Origin: Saccostrea echinata | Taxonomy: Eukaryota | Direction: 5' to 3' | Assembly (NCBI RefSeq): GCF_033153115.1 | Contig: NW_026889783.1 | Coordinates: forward strand, 1,550,001 to 1,614,000 | Length of the DNA stretch: 64,000 nucleotides | Shown: one piece after another, positions 57,831 to 64,000 of the stretch | Numbering within the stretch: position 1 is the first letter of the stretch | How the letters are laid out: each line of letters opens with the position of its first letter | Made by a program: the position numbers and the translations under genes | The notes under the pieces: model-generated | Seen by the model: only the letters and a program-made list of their open reading frames with translations | The model's database searches: none | Told to the model about the DNA's origin: nothing

Positions 57831-58770
57831 AAAGGAGGGGGCGCACAAGGCGATGACAACCCCCCCCCCCCCCCCCGCCCTGAGACATTATATTTCTCAC
57901 GGAATTTTTTTTCTTTTTAACTATATTGTCAGTAATGTCATCTTCAACACATTTGATTCATTTATTTTATTGAATGACTTGTTGATTGATAATTTGTTTT
58001 TTAAAGTTGACAGTTAAGCATATATGTAGTGGAAAATGGGTTTATTGGAGCCATAAAAAATGAGTTTTTAATATAAGTGGGTCAAGTCTCCAATCTACAT
58101 TAACGGTTACAGTGACAGAAAAGTAAATGCAAATTTCAAAATAAATCAAAAAAATAAATACTAATAATAAAAATAAAATAAAGTAAAAAAAAAATGGAGT
58201 CTGAACCCATTCGATATGAAGATCGAAAATTTCTGGAAAAAAAAATATTTGTTTTTTTTTTTTAAGCAGACTGACACACGCCGATGACAAGAAGACTCGT
58301 AGCATATTGGTTAACGTATTCAGTCTTACGCCTAACCGTAGCTTTGAAGAGAGTTCGAATCCTGTGTGAAGCTCTTTTTAGCTCACCTGATCCGAAAGCT
58401 ATACACAAGTTTGTTCAAATCAGGACAACTAGGGTAGGATGGGGCTGAGGATAGGTAAGAGCCACAATATATTATCTTAATTTTACAGAGGAATATCTGC
58501 TGATTAAGAACAGAAGGGCCATTAGCTACTCAGGTGAGCATTGTGGCCCATGGGCTTCTTGTTTTTATTCTTTTCACTTACCTTAAAAACATGAGTGAAA
58601 AAATATATTATTTATCAGTAAGTTATTCAATAAAATGAAGCAAATGTGTAAAAGATGATATTGACGATACAATTTTTGGAAAAGTTCGTATAACTTTTCA
58701 CAGCTTTCAGAATTTAGAAATGTCTTCTCAGCGCGAGGGATTGTCGTCGCCTTGTACGCCTCCATTCTTT
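57831..58770. mobile_element. TIR element (~940 bp, ~170-bp imperfect TIRs) containing a tRNA-like segment and a nested HINE fragment
   Basis: GGCGCACAAGGCGATGACAA..ACACATTTGATTCATTT.TTTTATTGAAT is mirrored by ATTCAATAAAATGAAGCAAATGTGT..TTGTCGTCGCCTTGTACGCC. A-box at 58300-58310 and B-box at 58351-58362. Confidence 0.65.
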
Positions 58771-60110
58771 ATGTAAAGCTTGATTTAGTTTATAGTTTCT
58801 CGATGCTAAATCAACTCAGTTAAACATGGTGTGAATATACACTCAGTTTATTTTATTGTAAATATATATAGGTGAAAGCTCCTACAAGTATGTGGGTTCA
58901 TCAAGTATAAATAAACCATTTAAATCGGTTCATTACAGGCATTTTCTTAAATCTAGTTTACCTTTCTCCAAAAGAATTGTAACCATTACCAGCATGTAAA
59001 TCTTCCAACTGGAATGATTTACAATACTCTAATGGTGGCGCTTCCTGTCTGGCAATATCGAATAATGTTTGCATCTTTTTGGCTTCAAATCACAGGAGAT
59101 TTACTACACAACGCATCTGTTTCTATTCCAAGGTTGCACTTGGTAAACACTGTCAATTCGTGGATACTGTGGCAAGATTGGAAATAGCCGCATTCAACGT
59201 TTTCTTTATATCACTCCAGAACCCCAAATTTTCAAAATGGATATTTGGCGCACCCACCTTAAACGCTTGACATGTTATTGAGTTTTGATCAATTCACTCA
59301 GAGTTTTGTTTTGTATTGTTTTTTTTAAAGTTTTCTTTTTGTGTTTGTATACAAGCAAACAAAATGAATATATTAAAGAAGTGAAGAATTCCAAACCAAT
59401 GCATGGGAACTGTATGAATATGCCTTCCTTTTGCTGAAACTACATTAGAAAATATTTATAAGTTGGCTAGTGTTAATAATAGCAAAAACCATGTTTTGAC
59501 CATGTGCTTATTTTCACCAAATTCTATGAGTGTTTGATTCCGGTGTGTCAGTAACAGAAAATCCTGTTCTCTGTAAACTCGGACTAGACAGTCATCTCCC
59601 TAATTCGGCTGACCTACAGAACAGACAACAGTAATTGATTTTTAGCTACATTTTCCTGGAACCTATGAAAAAGATTGTATTTCTCTTTTTCACTCTCCCC
59701 ATTTTTCAATATACCAGTAACTGCATGTGAAAAGCAATTGCTTTATGAAGAATCTTGATGCCAACTTATTTTTTAAAATAAAAACTGTGTAAAATATACG
59801 TGTTATTGATGTAATATTTTAAAAGTTACTGATTATTTGTTTGAGTTGGATTTTCAAATGTTCTACCTAATGTGAGTGTATTTTAAAAATTCAACAATTG
59901 CCAATACCCGCTTAAACAAATTCTAATATACCTTCGTTTTATTGAATTCCTTAAACAATTAATTTTTTTTTTTTTGCATAACATTTCTTTTAGATAACAA
60001 TTAGCGTAATTATACATATATATGTAAATTGTAAATAAAAACTACCTTCCCACAAATTAGGTGATAGCACCAACATTGAAAATTTTCACTCCGAGAAAAC
60101 CATTGTTAAC

Positions 60111-60621
60111 TACGAAAGCCTGTAGTATCAAGTAAAAAAAAAAAAGAAGATAAAACCCACTTTCTCTTAAAATTATCTCCTAATAACGAGAAAATTATCT
60201 CGTTATTACGGAAAAATATGTCGTTATTACAAGAAAAAATCTCGTTATTACGAGAAAATATCTCATTATAACGAGAAAATATTCCCGTAATATTACGTAA
60301 ATAATTAACTCGTAAAATGTACAAGAAAAAAAATATCCGTGTAGAATCGGATTGCAGAAACTATGAAAAGTCTTAAAAACGTTTGGATTGCTAAAAAATG
60401 TACCAGCTGAATATTTTCTAAATATGTGATAGCTCAGTAATCCAAAACAAGGAAATTCTGCAGATTTTAATGTATTCAGAGAAAAAAGAATACTATAAAT
60501 AAATTAAGAATCTATTCTCGTAATTACCAGATCTCTTCTCATAAATACGAGATAATTTTCTATAACGAGATAGTGGGCTGCTTTTTTTTTTAAATTGACA
60601 CTGAGGTTGGCTGGGTTTCTA
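60111..60621. mobile_element. Degenerate palindromic MITE with ATAACGAGA/TCTCGTTAT repeats
   Basis: TACGAAAGCC...GGGTTTCTA ends, AAACCCACT/AGTGGG inner arms and repeated CTCGTTATTAC. Confidence 0.55.
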
Positions 60622-61490
60622 GGAGTGAAATGAATGTTACCCTGCGCCTGGGTAGACAATGGTTAATCTTCAATGTTACCCGCAACTACATGCAATATTT
60701 ATTAATTATACTGAATGTTTTGTACAAATTAATACAAATACATGAACCGTACGCGCATAAATTCTGCGCAGTCAATATCTTTATTTATTTATTTTATTTT
60801 ATTTTTTTTGTTTTATCAATGTTGACTGTTGCTACGCTGGAGGGCGTGGTTTCATCATTCAGACGGTAATAGTGTTTTAACAATATTTTTCGACGAATCA
60901 GATTCCACTAATTTACATGGAAGTGTAATAATTAATCATATATCAGTGTTCTTTTATCAGTATGCGATACTTTATCATCAATGTTGTACTTCGTTATTTC
61001 ATTAATAAAAATACTTATAAATATGCATGTGTGCCATTGATCCAGAGGACGTATTTTCGGAATCGTTGTACATTTTTTTTTTAAGAATCGTAAAAAAAAA
61101 AATATTTGCGGAATCATAACTTTATTTTTGAGGAAAAGTAAAATCAATTTGCGGAAACGTGGAATCGAAGGCTTAAATTTATGTAACCGTATAATATCAT
61201 TTATTTGAAAAATACATATTATTTTTCGAAATAACTTTACTACATTGTTTCAGTGTAATATTGTAGTTTTGCTTCACACAAGTCAGTAAAGTGTGGTGAA
61301 AAAAGCTCACAATGTTTGCATTCAATAAAGGTCTGAAGTGTCGCACACTTAATTAACAAATTATTAATTATAGTTACAATAATTATTTATAATCCACTTC
61401 GCCTGGTATTCCCTCCATGACATCACAACCTAAGTCTAGAAATATTGAGAGAGGTGCCTCTCGTGTCTACAGAAACATCCAGTTTTCATT

Positions 61491-61529
<39 letters not shown>

Positions 61530-62862
61530 CCACCACACAGCTTGATGTGTCTATATTAATAATATTTGTTGCACTTCTTTACAAATACATGTTTGCCTTG
61601 ATTCCGCTTTTTCTCTGAGTACAAATCTTTTAGAATACGCAAAAGTGACAGCATCTTCATCTAGAAGTATAAGATAATTGATGATGGAACAAAAATCGCA
61701 AAATAATCAAATTAGCTATAAAGATAATTCATCTTTAGAATTTAATAGTGCGTATAAAAGAGAGCCCATCCATTGAAGTCAGATTATCGCATTTCTTATT
61801 GAATTAATATATATTGTTGACTAGGTTTATCGAGATAAAAGAGTCAACATATAAATGTAACTTCGGAAAAAGGGGTCCTATTTCATCAAAAATACATGTA
61901 ATGTCTCGTTTTCAAATCTTTAGGCTTTTAACTTCTTTTCTTCTTTTACAAGCAATATGGCAAAATTAACGTTTTTTCATTGTCAGATCGTCATAAAATC
62001 AATTCAAATTGTCCGGTTATGTAAGATTCTAGCCCCAGGGAACGTTGTTCCTGGTCTTGTTCTGGTAACAACATAGAAATTGTAAACATTTCGTACTAAA
62101 CTGAAGGGATATGATCGCCATCTTCTTAATGGATTTTTAAATGAATTAAAAACTGTGTAAATGAATTTCCGTTTTATTCCAGCTCACTGCTTATTTGTTT
62201 TCCAGTGATGTTTTAAAGATAAAGGATTCAAGAAATTAATGAGCGCAGCGACTAAAAATAGAGGCGGTGTTTCTGTGAAGAATCATTGGAAAGTTTTGAA
62301 ATACGTTACGTACAAACAAAACTGTCTCATTATAAACTTTTATCATAAAAGGAGTTCTGCCGTTTGGTTTGAAGCATTGGAGAGTTCTTGCAAACAGTCT
62401 TTACACTTCTTGGACGCCTCCAGAAATTGGTCACACATTCCAAATGAAGGTATCAAAGATTAAAAGGTCTTTGTAGTTTTCGATTAAGTACTGTCTTCTC
62501 TACGAGATCTAGGTAATTATCTAATCAGCTCTCAAGTATTTTCTGGCCTGGCTTCGTGAATACAGGTAAAATTTGCGGCTATATATACAGGTGATATATT
62601 ACCTGCCCTTGATAACGAACAACTCTACAGGTCATGTGACAAACGTAAAAAACTTGACTCCGTCAGAGAGGGCCAGATGCGATCAGCTGTGTACGCGTTA
62701 ACATGCAGCGGAAAAAAAGATTTATAATATATTTTACGTGATGGAGTTTATTTTGTGGAAGGAATTTACAGTTTGTGTATACGCTGGGATTTATCTTTCT
62801 GCCCTCTTCGCGGAGCTTTGTTAATTTAATATCTTTTTCCACTATCTACAAGTTTTATTCTG

Positions 62863-63263
62863 ATGAGTGTGAAAACAGACGAAAATAGAAATTTTAACAA
62901 GGGGAACCTATCTCCTCGTGTGTTGGAGGATGATAAGCTCCCCCGTGGGGTGATTGGACCTTCCTTTCACGTTCACCATGATAGGGATAACAATAACGTG
63001 AAGATGGGGAGTCTACAGGAGCTCCAGGGACTGATCCGGAGCAAGGATGAAAAAATCAAAGACCTTCAAAAGAAAATACAGGAAAGGGACGAAGTTATAC
63101 AGCAGCTGAGAAGTCAGCTAGACAAGTATCAGTCCGTGCTGCCTCAGTCTCTGAAGCATACGGCCCGACCCCGGAAACAGAGGGCCCAGGGCATCTCTGC
63201 CGAACCCCACAGTCTGAAGGACCTGGTTAAAACCAGCAACAAAAAGCACTCCAAATCTGACAG
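62863..63263 (+). CDS. PRKG1: cGMP-dependent protein kinase (PKG I / foraging-like), first coding exon; the gene runs out of the window
   Basis: Leucine-zipper MGSLQELQGLIRSKDEKIKDL..QLRSQLDKYQSVL and pseudosubstrate RKQRAQGISAEP, as in PKG I N-termini. Donor AG|GTAAGG at 63263/63264. The homologous start is ATG 63004, with an in-frame upstream ATG at 62863. Confidence 0.88.
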
Positions 63264-64000
63264 GTAAGGTTGTAGCATATAGCGTATGCCAGCACCAATT
63301 CATTGACAATATACTTTATTTACATATGTCGGTCTGTTAGGCGCTATGATTTTTTGGTGGATTTTACGTACACTTGCAAAGCAGGAGCTTCTGTCCCGAT
63401 GAAAGGATGATTGGGATTTATTATACGAATGTCTTCTAATTCCCTCGGCAAACATCATGTTTGATAATAAAACTTCACACATCGTATATTTAATAAAAGT
63501 ATTAAAAGATTTAGTTCGTAAAGAGATACCATGAGAAAGAGATAAGCAGGGTATTTTCCAATTTGTCGTGGTTACAATATTGTAGATGGCTTGATCCTTG
63601 AAGTACCTATATAACCTCAATAATGGTCACTACCGATCTAGCAAACTGTATGACAGGAATTGTGTCAAGCCAGCGCCTCAGGGCGTCGAGATTGTCTGTC
63701 GTATGTTTTTATAAAAAGGTCATGATTCGAAGCAATTTGTCACTGTCCTTAATTTGAATTAAAACTACAGTTTAATTTATTTTTATCAAGTTGTGGAACA
63801 TGTTTTTACAACTGCTTTCCGTTACGCAATCAATATTCTGATATTGAAATTGATTCGTAAACTCTTTCAATAAAATGAACTCGACCCCCTTGGGAATTTA
63901 AATTACAATTGGATATTTACCTAACACTTGAGAGAAAAGTTTGATAAATCACCCAATAGCCTAGAGATATTCTTTTTTTTCTGTGTAAAAGTTGGTTATC

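Noticed and set aside
58290-58375. Functional tRNA gene (also 23100-23190)
   Set aside because: The cloverleaf stems do not pair properly. Treated as a tRNA-derived cassette only.

Overview
AT-rich, intron-rich animal genomic DNA. The repeat families suggest a bivalve, most likely an oyster (inference). No prokaryotic features are present. Five spliced genes were reconstructed by hand from GT-AG boundaries and reading-frame continuity: a divergent UBE2D-like E2 enzyme (+, ~1558-5168), U2AF2/U2AF65 (-, 12 coding exons, 21612-7260), RPSA (-, CDS 26702-25230, probable 5'TOP exon at ~31800), NTAN1 (+, 10 coding exons, 38983-54745, apparently head-to-head with RPSA) and the first coding exon of a PKG/PRKG1 kinase (+, 62863-63263). 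Introns and intergenic DNA are packed with non-autonomous DNA transposons: Helentron/HINE-type satellite carriers, hAT-like MITEs, fold-back elements and a 5.4-kb Kolobok-like element. Most interesting observations: (1) U2AF2 intron 7 holds a strong internal 3' splice site followed by an in-frame stop and ~16 5'-splice-site-like motifs, a candidate autoregulatory poison/decoy exon; (2) the Kolobok-like element in U2AF2 intron 10 carries a phase-compatible three-exon antisense cargo gene; (3) two different TIR elements each enclose a tRNA-like Pol III cassette. Nearly all entries in the supplied ORF track are spurious or partial exons. All homology calls are from recalled sequences, not searches.
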